IMG/VR virus record: IMGVR_UViG_3300030117_003369
Span: 1-64,000 of that record
Length of the DNA: 64,000 nucleotides
Direction: 5' to 3' (one strand)
Source: a virus
The number at the start of each line of letters is the position of its first letter. Positions within the stretch are counted from its first letter, which is position 1. The notes under the pieces were generated by a model, which worked only from the letters and a program-made list of their open reading frames with translations, searched no databases and was not told the origin of the DNA. This document shows positions 41,849 to 52,978 of this stretch, piece after piece. Both the position numbers and the translations under genes were made by a program.

Positions 41849-42795
41849 GTAGAGATTTTGAAGCATACCGTAAATCCTCCTATATCATGGGAAAAAAAGA
41901 ATATTTGAGAATTACCAAATCTAGTCTGACGAGTGACTTCGATTTCTGTCCACAGCAATATCATTTCAAGCGCAGAGAGGGTAGAAAGACACCCGAAACT
42001 GACGCAATGCGTAAGGGTACGAATGTACACAACGCAATGGAGGAGTTCTATGTCTATGTTAGACCTAACTTGGATAAGGTTCTCAAATTACTTAACGACA
42101 AAAAGCGAGAAGAGGCATTTGCTTTGTTTGTGAAAAGTCTACCTGAGCCTGAAGAGCCTTACATTTTAGGCGAGCAGGAAATACTAATCAAAAGGCTAGA
42201 TTGGGAGTTAGATCGGCTAGAAGCCACACAAGGTCACAACTTTTTACCAGTTATCAACGAGGACGAAATACATGTATTTACAGAGCGTGAGTTTGTACAC
42301 AACGGGAAAACGCACACAGTCCCTATACACTTCGCAGGTATGATTGACCGTGGCTTTGAGAATGAAGATGGCTCAATTAGCCTCATGGAGTTGAAAACAG
42401 GCAAGTGGAAACAAAAGTGGGACAAGAGAAAAAATGACTGGGCTGACGACAGGTACAAGGTACAGGGAATGCGCAAAGAAATGGCATTTTATGTCGATTT
42501 GCTCAAAATGGCAGAACACCCACTACAGAATGTAACACACTGGGGCTGGTTCTACCCCGATGGCTCATGTGGAGAAGATATGGAGGGTGTCAGATTCATA
42601 GATAGTTGGACGCACGAGAAGGTCATCAAATCATATTCAGGCAAAATAGAGAAGGATGTAGATGCGCTATTAGAGGCGTACTTCAACGACCATTTCCCAC
42701 CTAAACCACACCAAGGTAAATGTGCTTGGTGCAGTTTTACTGAAGATTGCCCCGCTTGGCAACCGGGCGGCGAGCACTATTGGCCGAGGTGGTGA
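41845..42795 (+). CDS. Cas4-like PD-(D/E)xK exonuclease with Fe-S cysteines
   Basis: FCPQQY, GTNVH, GMIDR, ELKTG, CAWC...C. Confidence 0.85.
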   Translation: MSRDFEAYRKSSYIMGKKEYLRITKSSLTSDFDFCPQQYHFKRREGRKTPETDAMRKGTNVHNAMEEFYVYVRPNLDKVLKLLNDKKREEAFALFVKSLPEPEEPYILGEQEILIKRLDWELDRLEATQGHNFLPVINEDEIHVFTEREFVHNGKTHTVPIHFAGMIDRGFENEDGSISLMELKTGKWKQKWDKRKNDWADDRYKVQGMRKEMAFYVDLLKMAEHPLQNVTHWGWFYPDGSCGEDMEGVRFIDSWTHEKVIKSYSGKIEKDVDALLEAYFNDHFPPKPHQGKCAWCSFTEDCPAWQPGGEHYWPRW

Positions 42796-42796
42796 A

Positions 42797-43891
42797 ATGT
42801 ATGTACAGTTTGATTTTCCGAGAGAAGTATTAGAGTTGAGCACAGAGAAAGGTAAAGGCTTCAGAAAGTTGGTGCGAAATAGTAGTGAGTTTGAGCGATA
42901 TTGGGCTGGTAAAAATGGCGTATCTAACGCATATACCACTGTTTATGGATATCGTGCTACAGAAGCCCCTAATCACAAGAGAGTAAATCTACAAACTCCG
43001 ATAATCAGACACTTTGTCTTGGATTTCGATCCTAAAGATTTCACCAACCCTAGTCGCCCTGATGTAGCACTAGATGTACCGCTATCACAGGCTCTCAGGC
43101 TACACAAAGAACTCTTAGAAAAGGACATAGAGCACGGTGTGTGGTTTAGTGGCGGCGGCTTCCACATATGGATAGCATTATCAGAAACATATACCCCTGC
43201 CAGTGGTTCTCATTTATCGGCTATCAGAGAAGCCGGTATGAGGAGAGTAAATGACTGGATTAAGGACTTAAATCTGTACTGTTCTGACCCAGCAGTACCA
43301 TTCGACACAAGTGGGTTAATTCGTATTCCTAACTCCTATAACGCCAAGCGTGGCTACTGGAGTGTGCCTCTAAACACAGAGGATTTAGAGAGTGGTATAG
43401 GTCACATTCTTGAAAAGGCCCTAGAGCCGACAAGTGGAGTGATTTCGTACGGCAAGGATGGTGTAAAATTGCAGGTTAAGAAGCCCGGTGAAAAGAAGGG
43501 CGTATTCCAAAAGAATACTGCGCCGTTAGATTTGCCAACTCTCAAGATGGATGGAGTAATCATACTCCCCTGTCTGAATCAAGCAGCCTGTCATGTAGGA
43601 GGCAACCCTAGTCACGACTCTAGGGTACAATTGGTGAAATATCTAGCAAAACGCCTTAGACACTTCCTTCCTTTGAACAGATTTACACCCGACATTTTGA
43701 CATCACACACAGAGAAAATTGTTTCTTTCATAAAGGGCCTACAATGGGCTGATTTCGATGAAGGGGTCACCCGTTATCAAGTTCGTACAATTGTTGGTAA
43801 AGACTACCCTCAAACCTGCAGTATGTTGTGGTCTAAGGGACTGTGTATGGGCAAGTGTAGATATTGGGACAAAACGGGGGCCGTAGAATGA
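42797..43891 (+). CDS. Archaeo-eukaryotic primase, PriS catalytic domain fused to PriL Fe-S domain
   Basis: LDFD, SGGGFH and RIPNS, then PCL...HDSR...C...C...C. Confidence 0.85.
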   Translation: MYVQFDFPREVLELSTEKGKGFRKLVRNSSEFERYWAGKNGVSNAYTTVYGYRATEAPNHKRVNLQTPIIRHFVLDFDPKDFTNPSRPDVALDVPLSQALRLHKELLEKDIEHGVWFSGGGFHIWIALSETYTPASGSHLSAIREAGMRRVNDWIKDLNLYCSDPAVPFDTSGLIRIPNSYNAKRGYWSVPLNTEDLESGIGHILEKALEPTSGVISYGKDGVKLQVKKPGEKKGVFQKNTAPLDLPTLKMDGVIILPCLNQAACHVGGNPSHDSRVQLVKYLAKRLRHFLPLNRFTPDILTSHTEKIVSFIKGLQWADFDEGVTRYQVRTIVGKDYPQTCSMLWSKGLCMGKCRYWDKTGAVE

Positions 43892-44181
43892 AAGAAAATA
43901 GAAATTATTACCCTAGAGGGAATACAGTAAAGCGAATAATCAGAGTGTTTGACGAAAATGGTGAATCGCTTTCAACGAATGAGATATATGTTTTCTTGTT
44001 AAACCAAAAGTCAATCAAAACCGGACGCCTCTACAAGAAAAACCCTTCAAAGGGTTCACTTGCACAAATCCTAAGCAAGTACCCTTATTTTTCAAAAACA
44101 GGGTATACTGATGAAACCACTATACAAGGTGCTAGAATGAGAGCAACTACTTGGAAATTGAATGAGGTGGAAGAGAGATGA
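43888..44181 (+). CDS. Small basic protein, possible winged helix
   Basis: LSTNEIY...SLAQILSK..F...WKL. Confidence 0.55.
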   Translation: MKENRNYYPRGNTVKRIIRVFDENGESLSTNEIYVFLLNQKSIKTGRLYKKNPSKGSLAQILSKYPYFSKTGYTDETTIQGARMRATTWKLNEVEER

Positions 44182-44891
44182 AAGTACCTCTAATAATTGA
44201 TTCAAACGAAAGAGGTCCTCTAAAGGACGCTGTTGAGAGGGCTGCAGAAAGACAGGGTATTCCTGTAAAGATGGAGTTTCTGCAAGGGATGGGTGATTAC
44301 AAAGCAGGAGATGGACACATAGAGTGCAAAAGCATCTCTGATTTATTCCAATCTACATACTCAGGGCATTTGATGCGACAGATGGAAAACTTAGACGCTA
44401 ATTGTCAGAGAGTATTTCTAGTAGTCCACGGAGATCTAGCAAAGTATGTCAAGATTTCAAACAACCAAGGTAGAAAAACCACTTATTCCAAATCACTTAA
44501 CACATTGACAGGAATTATTGCTCGCATAATGGCTGATTTTGACTGTCATGTATGGAGGGCTAACAATTACAGCGAAGCGGCTATGTTCATCACTAAATTA
44601 CATTCCAAACTACACACCTCTGCATCCAGTCATGGTGCAAAGGCAATCACTAGAGTGAGCACTAACGACATACGAGCGGATATGTTGCTTGCAATACCCG
44701 GCTTTGGGCAAGATTTAGTGGAAAAGTTACTAGAGAGGTGTGGCTGCATAGAAGAGATGTTACATGTCGAATCTGTTAAACAGGTGAAGGGGATGGGTTC
44801 TGTTCTGCGGCAACGATTAATTGAGGTTCTGACGAGCGAAGAACCAGTCAAAGTAGAGCGGAAGTATAACAAGAGGAGAGAGAAGGTATGA
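44178..44891 (+). CDS. ERCC4/XPF-family structure-specific nuclease with HhH motifs
   Basis: IIDSNE, GDY, IECKSISDL, IPGFG, VKGMG. Confidence 0.88.
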   Translation: MKVPLIIDSNERGPLKDAVERAAERQGIPVKMEFLQGMGDYKAGDGHIECKSISDLFQSTYSGHLMRQMENLDANCQRVFLVVHGDLAKYVKISNNQGRKTTYSKSLNTLTGIIARIMADFDCHVWRANNYSEAAMFITKLHSKLHTSASSHGAKAITRVSTNDIRADMLLAIPGFGQDLVEKLLERCGCIEEMLHVESVKQVKGMGSVLRQRLIEVLTSEEPVKVERKYNKRREKV

Positions 44892-46297
44892 TAGACCACA
44901 GCGTAGAACATTACGAATGCATGCAAAATTACCCAATACTTAGAGGGTACTTAGAACATTTTAGAGAAGTTTCCAAAGATAACGAAATACCGGGACTACT
45001 GTCCTTTTTCTTTATTTTAGGACAGGTGGCATTGCCATTTGTTAGGATGCCAATAGGTGCATCTAACATCGATCCAAGAGTTAGCATGTTTTGGATTCAA
45101 GATACTAGAACTGGTAAGTCGGTGGCGTTTGAAATCATTCAGAAGGTGATGAAAGATGTGGGTATAGACTGTGTTGATTACACCACTGGTACAGATGCGG
45201 CTATGGTCGGCTCATGGAGTAGAGATGGCGATGATAACTTAGTGCAAACACCCGGTGTATTGGCGGGTGCAAAGGGTATGAACTTCGATGAAGGCTCTAT
45301 TATCCTTAAACCAACACAACACTCAGAGCAAACCGTTCTATTCTTGCAGTCAGCGTTAAACGCTGCAGGTACAGGTAGGAACTTCTTGACTAAGCACTTG
45401 AAAGATGGTACGATTACCATAGAGTCGTTAGTATCTTTATGGATTACTACATTCCCTCCACAGGGTATCAAAGAGCATGTACTTGACAAGGGTATTTTCC
45501 AAAGAGTGTTGGTTTATTGGAGGCACTGGACTCTTGAAATGAAGCGTAACATTGCGCACGAACTTGCAGATGCTGTGCACAACAGGGTCGAGTTTGAAGT
45601 ATCTTACGAAGAAGTTGTTGAGTTCTTCACTGATTTGCAGACTCGCTTAAAACAAAGGGTCTTGGACATCAATGGTATTAGTGGTGAAGAATGGATTCAG
45701 TCTACTCGTGAATTACAAGAGGGTTGGGCTATGAACGCTATGTACGATATGTTTGAAATTGATGCATCGTACAGATCGGCACTACATCAGGCTATTGATG
45801 ACTACTATGATTTAGTAGAAAACATGGACCCTAAGAAACAAGGTGTGTGTGCTTCTTTCATTATGGGATTACAGAATTACACTAACATATTGGCACATCA
45901 CATGGCTATGATAGAGGGGGTATGGGTAGTTACAGGCGACCATGTTGACATGGCTAAAGAAATACTGTATGACCTATATCACAATCTAATTGACTGGCTT
46001 GAATCCGAAGTAAAAGTAGGCATGGCAGGTGCCGCTAAGAGAAAGTTGCAGGCTAGTTGGAAAGCAGCATATTGGCGCTGTGAACATTTTGACTTTAACG
46101 ATAATCGTGGGCCGGGTTGGGCTAAGAAGGCAGTTATGATGCAAATGTTTGGCAAGAATGAGAATCTAAGCAGTAAAGCGGGCATTCACAATAAATACAA
46201 CGAATCGGGGAAAAGTCTGTTTGAAGAAACCCGTGAGGGGAAAAGTAAGTATGTCCGACTACTCAAAGAGCATAGGAATAAGGAGGCAGATAAATGA
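44888..46297 (+). CDS. MCM-like AAA+ helicase
   Basis: Walker A TRTGKS, AMVGS, PGVLA, FDEG, FQR arginine finger. Confidence 0.7.
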   Translation: MIDHSVEHYECMQNYPILRGYLEHFREVSKDNEIPGLLSFFFILGQVALPFVRMPIGASNIDPRVSMFWIQDTRTGKSVAFEIIQKVMKDVGIDCVDYTTGTDAAMVGSWSRDGDDNLVQTPGVLAGAKGMNFDEGSIILKPTQHSEQTVLFLQSALNAAGTGRNFLTKHLKDGTITIESLVSLWITTFPPQGIKEHVLDKGIFQRVLVYWRHWTLEMKRNIAHELADAVHNRVEFEVSYEEVVEFFTDLQTRLKQRVLDINGISGEEWIQSTRELQEGWAMNAMYDMFEIDASYRSALHQAIDDYYDLVENMDPKKQGVCASFIMGLQNYTNILAHHMAMIEGVWVVTGDHVDMAKEILYDLYHNLIDWLESEVKVGMAGAAKRKLQASWKAAYWRCEHFDFNDNRGPGWAKKAVMMQMFGKNENLSSKAGIHNKYNESGKSLFEETREGKSKYVRLLKEHRNKEADK

Positions 46298-46451
46298 AGA
46301 AGGCCTGTACTCTATGCGGCGCTAAGTATGAACATGACGAAGAAGGCGTCAGTGGTTACTTTGGGTTACTAAAGGTGGACTTTTGTGATTTTTGTTTAGC
46401 CTGTATGGGCGCAATGCACGAGAGCCTAAACACACTGTCAGGTGAGGAGGA

Positions 46452-47006
46452 ATGAAAGACGAATACTTTGTAGTGTTCGCCTATGGTAGTGAGTTTTCGC
46501 ATATAGTGAATGCACCCCAAGTAGTTATCATAACTGGCGAGAACTACTTGTCTGTATACACTAGTCATCGATCTTACATCAATTCCAAACCTATCAAATA
46601 CTCAAAAATACAAGACGAAATGGCACTTATTGTAGATAATGGAGGGATATTAGTTTTGAAAAATACTCAAGATTACGGACTCACTTTATCTTGGTCGGGT
46701 ATAACCAAATCTAACCCCAGCGATATGATGGATTACATTGAAAATCATGTCATAGATATCGATAAGGATTTGAAAGAACTGACCGGGCAGAAACTGAATC
46801 TAAACGATACAGATTTAACATCTCAGTTACTCACTGAGATATACGCACCAATTTGGCAAAAAGGTAGCGAAGTCAAAATAATTGAAGATTGCATATCAGA
46901 TGCAAATATAATTCTCGACTTAATCCAGCGTTGTAGTAACGCAGGTGATATAAGGGTGAGATTGAGAAATGAAGAAATACCAATGGAGTTTGATGTAGAA
47001 TGGTAA
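46452..47006 (+). CDS. Hypothetical protein
   Basis: ORF with GAGGAGG RBS. Confidence 0.7.
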   Translation: MKDEYFVVFAYGSEFSHIVNAPQVVIITGENYLSVYTSHRSYINSKPIKYSKIQDEMALIVDNGGILVLKNTQDYGLTLSWSGITKSNPSDMMDYIENHVIDIDKDLKELTGQKLNLNDTDLTSQLLTEIYAPIWQKGSEVKIIEDCISDANIILDLIQRCSNAGDIRVRLRNEEIPMEFDVEW

Positions 47007-48496
47007 ACAACGGAGAGCAACAACAAACAGCACAGAGCCTAAACATTCGTGCTGCGAAAGCAATCGCAGACACAGTTAGAACGACGCTAGGTCCGGCGGG
47101 AATGGACAAGATGATGGTAGATGGAGGTGGCAATGTCATTGTAACAAATGATGGGGCTACAATTCTGCAGGAACTTGATGTTTCCCACCCCGGTGCCAAG
47201 ATGATAATTGAAGCCGCTAACACGCAAGAAAGCATGTGTTACGATGGCACGACAAGTACAGTTGTATTGGCAGGTCAATTACTAAGTAACACAGAATCAC
47301 TATTTGAAAAGGGTCTACACCCTAATGTAATCTGTAAAGGTTACAGACAAGCAGCACAATGGGCTGTCGAGCATATACAATCACTATCAGAGTCAGCCAA
47401 GCCTCATCTGACGCATGTGGCTCAGACTTCAATCACAGGTAAATCACTAGAATCTGCCATGGAACATGTCAGTTGGTTATGTGTAAAGGCGGCAGAATTG
47501 GCTGGGGGCGACTTTGAGCGCATCCGTGTCCTGTGTCAGCCCGGTGGAGGCTTAGAAGATTCAACATGCTTCTCAGGTGTAGTTTTACACAAGGAGTTCA
47601 TGCTACCTGCTATGCCACTACTACAAGGTAAAGCACTACTAATCAACACTGGACTCAGCAATAAGAAGAATGAGGACAATGTACAGGTATCACTTGGATC
47701 TGCTGCTGAATATCAGCAATATCAGCAGACCACGACTAGAGATATTTGGGTCAAGAAGGCAGAGGCTATTATTGAGCGCCTACCTGATGGTGGTGCAGTA
47801 TTCGTTAGGGACCATGTAAATGAAGTGGTTGCCGCTACACTGGCTAAGGCTGGTGTCAGCGTTGTACAGCGTTTGCCTGAGAGTGATATGACCGCACTAG
47901 GTCTACTTCTCAATACAAATGTAGCCCACACTATCGAGGACTTAGGAGATGCTGTCGATGCAGATATCGAATGCAGAGCCATTGGTGACATGAAGTATGT
48001 CGTAGTCGAAGGCGAGGGTGAAGTCACTACTCTCATCCTTAGAGGCGCTACTAAGCAGACACTCGATGAAACCGAGCGTGGCTTTGAAGATGCTCTCGGT
48101 GTTGTGTGCTTAGCATACAATACTCTTGAAGTCGTACCGGGTGGAGGTGCAGCATATCTCAACTCTGCTATCAATCTAAGAAGCAGGGCGGCAGAGATTG
48201 GTGGCCGTGCTCAGATGGCAATTGACGCCTTTGCAGACGCACTAGAAACAATCCCTGCTACTATCGCTGAGAATGCAGGTCACGATCCACTGGACACTGT
48301 GTTGGCACTCAGAAATGAGCACCTATCAGGTAACATTGATTATGGCCCCGATATTGAAAACGGAGGCACTATGTCAATGAAGAGTGCTGATGTATGGGAG
48401 CCGTTGAATCTAGTCAGGCAGGCTATTCAGTCTGCAAGTGAAGTCACTATCAGCATCCTGCGCATCGATGACATCATCGGTAAGCGTGGTGAATAA
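47000..48496 (+). CDS. ths: Group II chaperonin (thermosome subunit)
   Basis: [41 protein letters not shown]. Confidence 0.95.
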   Translation: MVNNGEQQQTAQSLNIRAAKAIADTVRTTLGPAGMDKMMVDGGGNVIVTNDGATILQELDVSHPGAKMIIEAANTQESMCYDGTTSTVVLAGQLLSNTESLFEKGLHPNVICKGYRQAAQWAVEHIQSLSESAKPHLTHVAQTSITGKSLESAMEHVSWLCVKAAELAGGDFERIRVLCQPGGGLEDSTCFSGVVLHKEFMLPAMPLLQGKALLINTGLSNKKNEDNVQVSLGSAAEYQQYQQTTTRDIWVKKAEAIIERLPDGGAVFVRDHVNEVVAATLAKAGVSVVQRLPESDMTALGLLLNTNVAHTIEDLGDAVDADIECRAIGDMKYVVVEGEGEVTTLILRGATKQTLDETERGFEDALGVVCLAYNTLEVVPGGGAAYLNSAINLRSRAAEIGGRAQMAIDAFADALETIPATIAENAGHDPLDTVLALRNEHLSGNIDYGPDIENGGTMSMKSADVWEPLNLVRQAIQSASEVTISILRIDDIIGKRGE

Positions 48497-48544
48497 AGCG
48501 AAAATACTCAGCACCTTTAACTATGGTATGGTATACCAAAAGGT

Positions 48545-48982
48545 ATGGCGGAGAAAGACCATAACAAGGAGAGCGAGAATAACGAACAAACAGCCAGTGA
48601 CGAGGCACTAGCACAGTATTTGTCACTACCTGTCATAGAGCAGCAATCAGAGCAATTAGATGATATGATTGCCACTGCGATTGATGACTTAGAACATGCT
48701 AAGTCTATACCTGAAAACGGCTATGATGAAGATAAGGGAGAAGGAGCATACTTTGGTGATTATGTCGCATTAGCCTCATCATTCTTTGATGATGATGTAG
48801 CCTTTCTAATGCACTTATTAGCACACCACGCTCAAACTGAGCAATTTAATAATAAAAATGATACTACATATTGTATGGAAAGCATGCTTTATTTGTTAAA
48901 ATTATGTAAAGTAAACCCTGAATTGATGCTGTCGGGCAAATATCCCAGTGGCGGAATAATGGAACAAGTACCTATTGCCTAG
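48545..48982 (+). CDS. Acidic hypothetical protein, possibly leaderless with its own promoter
   Basis: ORF track. CTTTAA about 28 nt upstream of the ATG. Confidence 0.7.
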   Translation: MAEKDHNKESENNEQTASDEALAQYLSLPVIEQQSEQLDDMIATAIDDLEHAKSIPENGYDEDKGEGAYFGDYVALASSFFDDDVAFLMHLLAHHAQTEQFNNKNDTTYCMESMLYLLKLCKVNPELMLSGKYPSGGIMEQVPIA

Positions 48983-49211
48983 AAGCAGTAACTAATTCTC
49001 TAGCAAAGCGCCCGTAGGGAAACCTGCGGGCCTTGCTAGACTTAGATTTAGGTAGCGACTTTTCACCCAATTTGGACATATGCCCGCAGATCGGACATTC
49101 CTGAATTGTCGTACCTTTGCCGGAAAAGTAAACGCCTCTAATTACAAGGGGAATGCTTTTCTCGTTACAATTGACGCATTCTATCTGCAATTCAGTGAGT
49201 AATTTACCCAT
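48972..49211 (-). CDS. Small Zn-ribbon protein
   Basis: CVNC...CPIC. Confidence 0.75.
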   Translation of the reverse strand: MGKLLTELQIECVNCNEKSIPLVIRGVYFSGKGTTIQECPICGHMSKLGEKSLPKSKSSKARRFPYGRFARELVTASRQ

Positions 49212-49215
49212 ATTA

Positions 49216-50403
49216 TCAGGCCTGTAGTATTAGCAAATGCCAATCGGCACCATCGTATGCGAATCTAGCATACTTACCATTGGCTATGTTGATGTTGGCG
49301 GCGCTGGCATTGTCTGTCTTAGCGTTGAATACCGTATTGTAAGAGCCACTGGTAGATATGTTTCTAATTTCAATCACATGACCCGGCGGGAATGTACCGC
49401 TAGGTGTGAGTGTAGCGTGAGCGCTACCCCCGTTGGGATTCACTAGCCATATGTTCGCTTGGTCGAAGGTGAATGAGGTATTAGCGGTCACTATACTCAA
49501 CTCATTGGGTCCGAGCCTATGCGTGTGCATTGCCTTAGTGCCACCTAATGTCTTAGAAGCAGCATAATAGAGCATAGAGTGGGAGTCAGGAGTATGGCTT
49601 TGCCAAATAGCCCCGTATTCACTGTTAGTCAAATCACCGGATTCAGGTGAGCCGTAAAGTGCGGCAAGATCGGTGTGAGAATCTATGGCATTACCGGCAG
49701 TGTGGAATCCAGTGCCTGTTGTTATGCCACCCTTTGTCATATGCTGTAAATAGATAGGGCTGGTTCTAATGAAAACCCGCCTGTCGTGCAACACTGGGCT
49801 GGCGTTGAGAGAAGCAGTTACATTTGCTGCTCCACCTGTCATCGTGTAGCGCAAAACGCCTAAAACAATCGATTGGTGATTGCTACGAGTGTTACCGATA
49901 GAAGGATTAGACAAGAATCCTGATGGTATCAGCGGTGTGCCCTGTGAAGGTACCACTGGTGTACCCATTTCATATCTAATTCTAGCAGTTGTGCCGCTAT
50001 CTGAGCAGATATAGACTACTACAAACACATCACTAGTTGCTGTAGGAACTGCTGGAAGTGAGCCATTGAAGTTGGCTGTACCAGTTGCACCTATTGTGAT
50101 TTGCTGGGTAGCACCCGGCCCGCCTGCGAACTTGTAAAGTGCACCGTCCAGTACACACCATCCACCGTGGATAGTGACTACACCTGATGATGCAGTTTCT
50201 ATAAATCCGGGTGTGGATGCCGCTATGCTGTTTCTTAGAGCAGTACCCACCGCTGTATCAGACATACGAATGATACCGTTGCCGTGTATTCCTTCGTATG
50301 GGTTAGTCAAACTAGGAGATGATAGGCCATCTCCGTCTTTCAATCCTTCTGCGCTGCTACTCATACCTGCAGCGGCCATATGTCCTGCCTTTGGGTTCGT
50401 CAT
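49216..50403 (-). CDS. Putative virion (tail/baseplate) protein
   Basis: G/S/T/A-rich, beta-type sequence at the end of the late operon. Confidence 0.6.
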   Translation of the reverse strand: MTNPKAGHMAAAGMSSSAEGLKDGDGLSSPSLTNPYEGIHGNGIIRMSDTAVGTALRNSIAASTPGFIETASSGVVTIHGGWCVLDGALYKFAGGPGATQQITIGATGTANFNGSLPAVPTATSDVFVVVYICSDSGTTARIRYEMGTPVVPSQGTPLIPSGFLSNPSIGNTRSNHQSIVLGVLRYTMTGGAANVTASLNASPVLHDRRVFIRTSPIYLQHMTKGGITTGTGFHTAGNAIDSHTDLAALYGSPESGDLTNSEYGAIWQSHTPDSHSMLYYAASKTLGGTKAMHTHRLGPNELSIVTANTSFTFDQANIWLVNPNGGSAHATLTPSGTFPPGHVIEIRNISTSGSYNTVFNAKTDNASAANINIANGKYARFAYDGADWHLLILQA

Positions 50404-50756
50404 GGTGTCACCTCAATAATTGCCGAGAATACAATTTCATTGTTGCTCGTCTTAGTTATTGAATCATATGTATATCTTGCTATGGCCGTAGTATCGGTTG
50501 CATCTGAGGGGTTTTTGTACTGTATAACTACTTCTTTCAAAGGAGTGCTGAAAGTGCTACTGAGTGGTACCTTGGCTTCTACTGACAAACTATGGTCGTC
50601 AATGACTCTAACCACAGGTGTGACTACGATCGCTGGCTGTGCGGCCCCTGCATCGTCTTGGGTAGCCAGTGTTCCTCCAAATCCAAACACCACCTGATTG
50701 ATTCTGTCTTTTAGCGTGTCAATTACATATCTTGTTCCTTGGTTTAATAGTGGCAT
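50400..50756 (-). CDS. Putative virion (tail) protein
   Basis: Coupled gene, LKEV...ARY...ITKT pattern seen in tail-fibre-associated small proteins. Confidence 0.55.
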   Translation of the reverse strand: MPLLNQGTRYVIDTLKDRINQVVFGFGGTLATQDDAGAAQPAIVVTPVVRVIDDHSLSVEAKVPLSSTFSTPLKEVVIQYKNPSDATDTTAIARYTYDSITKTSNNEIVFSAIIEVTP

Positions 50757-50757
50757 A

Positions 50758-52443
50758 TCAGCCCCTCCTTCTGTTTGAGAATGTGCCTTTGTTCATCTTT
50801 ATCTTCAGATGGTCGTTTGCAGACTCAGGTAGCGAATCTGTAGAGATTTGGAATAGTTCTTCATTGTTATCAACAGCGTGAGGCGAAGCAGTTGCGATTA
50901 CTACAGATGTAGTACCAGCACTGCTCACTTTACCTAGCAGGTTGCCATTAGCCTTGTAGACAAATGCATCTGCTTTACCATCACTAATTACACTTGAAGT
51001 GAATATCGAGTTTGCATTGGTACCGTCAGTAGTGAAGTTAGTAGTGCCGATAGCGTAACCTCCACCGTTATTGATTAGTATTCCTGTAGACTTCAAGTGC
51101 ATTCTACCATGCACTGTGTTTCTATTAGGTACGCCAATCACGATACCTGCAGTTGGATCTTTGACATCCCTAGTTTCTACACGCCAACTAATTTTAACTT
51201 TGAAACCAAATGCTGTTGCAAACTCTTCTTGGCTGAACTGCCTGTTTCTTTCTTCGTTATCACGGGTGCTGGAACTGATGTCCACCTCTTGAAAACGCTG
51301 TAGTATATCCTCTATAGAGCCGTCAACGGAATTGATATCTATGTCTGATTTACGCTGTGTCAAATAGTGCTTAGTAGACAAAACTATCTTCCTTTCAGAA
51401 TCGGTGATGGTTTCGTATGAGATTACATCCCCCGGCTGTACTCTACTTGACATGAGTGTGCCCCTCAACTTCTCATTACCTTCTGCTTTCTTTGCCATAG
51501 ATAGTAACCTTCGTCCAATTGCCTTAGCACTGGCTTTGGTTACTGCTGTCGGAGCATAAATACCACCCGGTATCTCATTCACTGTGTCTTTTTGCGGCCC
51601 GAAGTCGTCAACTTGCACTACATTTTGGTCGTTATTAGCACGGACTTTTCCCCGCACTACTACACGGTTGAGTGTACTTTTCCCCTCAGATTCGATAGAG
51701 CCTTCAGAAACCATTGTCTGCGTAACTATGTGTTCTCTGCCGTGCTTTTGCTGATGAGAGTAATGTAAGTTGCCAAACTGATCTGTACTGACATTGTACC
51801 CGTCATGTTTTGCTAAGAATCGCATAGCACTAACTCCATCTACACCATAGAAGTCCTGTGCTACGAAAGTACCACTTGGATTTTTGATAGATAATCCGTT
51901 TAGTGAGTTAGTACTGGCTTTGGCTAGCCTGCCGACTAAATCAGTAGTACGCAAGCCGACATTTGCTTTCTGTCCAATCCGTACCTTTTTGTCAGTAAAA
52001 CCAATTTGTTTTAATTCTGAGCCTTTCAGATTTCCAAGGCGGTAGCGTGAGCCTTTGTTGCTGGCTTCTATAGAAGCAGGTACTAATGCTTGGTTGGGAT
52101 TGTCTGCACCTATGATTAGTGGAGGTAAAGTGGCGTCGGTTACCTTACTGACCTTTTCTTCGTTGACGAAAATATCACCAGTGTACCTGTGACCGTCACT
52201 GGTGTTGTGCAATAATCGAATAGTATCTTCTTCTTCAATTAAAGAGTACTTTCGATCGTGAGTAGGCATGAAATCGCTGGATGTGGGTGCCTTTACTAAG
52301 AATCCACTTTGTTGTTTCGTGTACTCTCCATGCCGGACGCCATTATCTACAAACTTAGGCTTGCGTATTCTTTTCATAATTGGAGCCTGTGCTGCATCAG
52401 CACGACCAGTTGCGAGATTCTTACCTAGTGCCAGCCAAATCAC
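50758..52443 (-). CDS. Putative tail/baseplate hub-like protein
   Basis: LAKHDGY..STDQFGNLHY, NRVVVRG and VQPGDVI resemble hub / late-control-D type proteins. Confidence 0.55.
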   Translation of the reverse strand: MIWLALGKNLATGRADAAQAPIMKRIRKPKFVDNGVRHGEYTKQQSGFLVKAPTSSDFMPTHDRKYSLIEEEDTIRLLHNTSDGHRYTGDIFVNEEKVSKVTDATLPPLIIGADNPNQALVPASIEASNKGSRYRLGNLKGSELKQIGFTDKKVRIGQKANVGLRTTDLVGRLAKASTNSLNGLSIKNPSGTFVAQDFYGVDGVSAMRFLAKHDGYNVSTDQFGNLHYSHQQKHGREHIVTQTMVSEGSIESEGKSTLNRVVVRGKVRANNDQNVVQVDDFGPQKDTVNEIPGGIYAPTAVTKASAKAIGRRLLSMAKKAEGNEKLRGTLMSSRVQPGDVISYETITDSERKIVLSTKHYLTQRKSDIDINSVDGSIEDILQRFQEVDISSSTRDNEERNRQFSQEEFATAFGFKVKISWRVETRDVKDPTAGIVIGVPNRNTVHGRMHLKSTGILINNGGGYAIGTTNFTTDGTNANSIFTSSVISDGKADAFVYKANGNLLGKVSSAGTTSVVIATASPHAVDNNEELFQISTDSLPESANDHLKIKMNKGTFSNRRRG

Positions 52444-52978
52444 CCCAAGTGTTTTCTGTGTTCATTTCAGTTGTTGGTGGTAAACTTACCAATAATTCAG
52501 GAGGTATATTTTGTTGAATGTAAGCCTCTGCCCCTTCACCTATTAAGCCTTGATTTCTAAATTGGCCCTTAGTTTCAGCAACTGGTATTCTCATACCTAT
52601 CAATTTTCTATTCTGACCCAAATCTGAAGTTATATTACCTTTGTAAGGAGCCACCCATGTACCGGGTTTTGACAAATCAAAAGGTATTACTCTGCCCATT
52701 TTAGCACCGCTTTCTTGTGCGAATCTAATATCATCCTCCCAATCCTGAGTTTCTTTATCTGAGTCTATTGTAGGTAGTCCTGTTTGAATCAAACTTTCAT
52801 AGGGAGGGTGTATGTTTTTAGGTAAAGGGTCAAACCTTTTTTGTTGCTTATACCAATCTTTGGTAGGGTGTAGTCGCATCATAGTTACAGGGCCGTATGG
52901 GCTTGGCATATCAGGGTGGAACTCACCAAGCGTAGTTTGACGCTTCAGTATCATCCAAGCCTCATCCATTGGTGTCAT
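52421..52978 (-). CDS. Tagged protein with possible ADP-ribosyltransferase-like fold
   Basis: Shares its first 31 aa with the next gene. RLHPT...GL...GTWV...EAYI..NIPPE. Confidence 0.55.
   Translation of the reverse strand: MTPMDEAWMILKRQTTLGEFHPDMPSPYGPVTMMRLHPTKDWYKQQKRFDPLPKNIHPPYESLIQTGLPTIDSDKETQDWEDDIRFAQESGAKMGRVIPFDLSKPGTWVAPYKGNITSDLGQNRKLIGMRIPVAETKGQFRNQGLIGEGAEAYIQQNIPPELLVSLPPTTEMNTENTWGDLAGTR

Noticed and set aside
41845-42795. Cas4-like gene as evidence of a CRISPR system
   Set aside because: No repeat-spacer array or other cas genes seen. Solo Cas4-like nucleases are common in archaeal virus replication modules
7843-48174. Numerous minus-strand ORFs opposite the plus-strand genes, and plus-strand ORFs within the giant gene
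   Set aside because: Antisense shadows of real genes with no RBS or motifs
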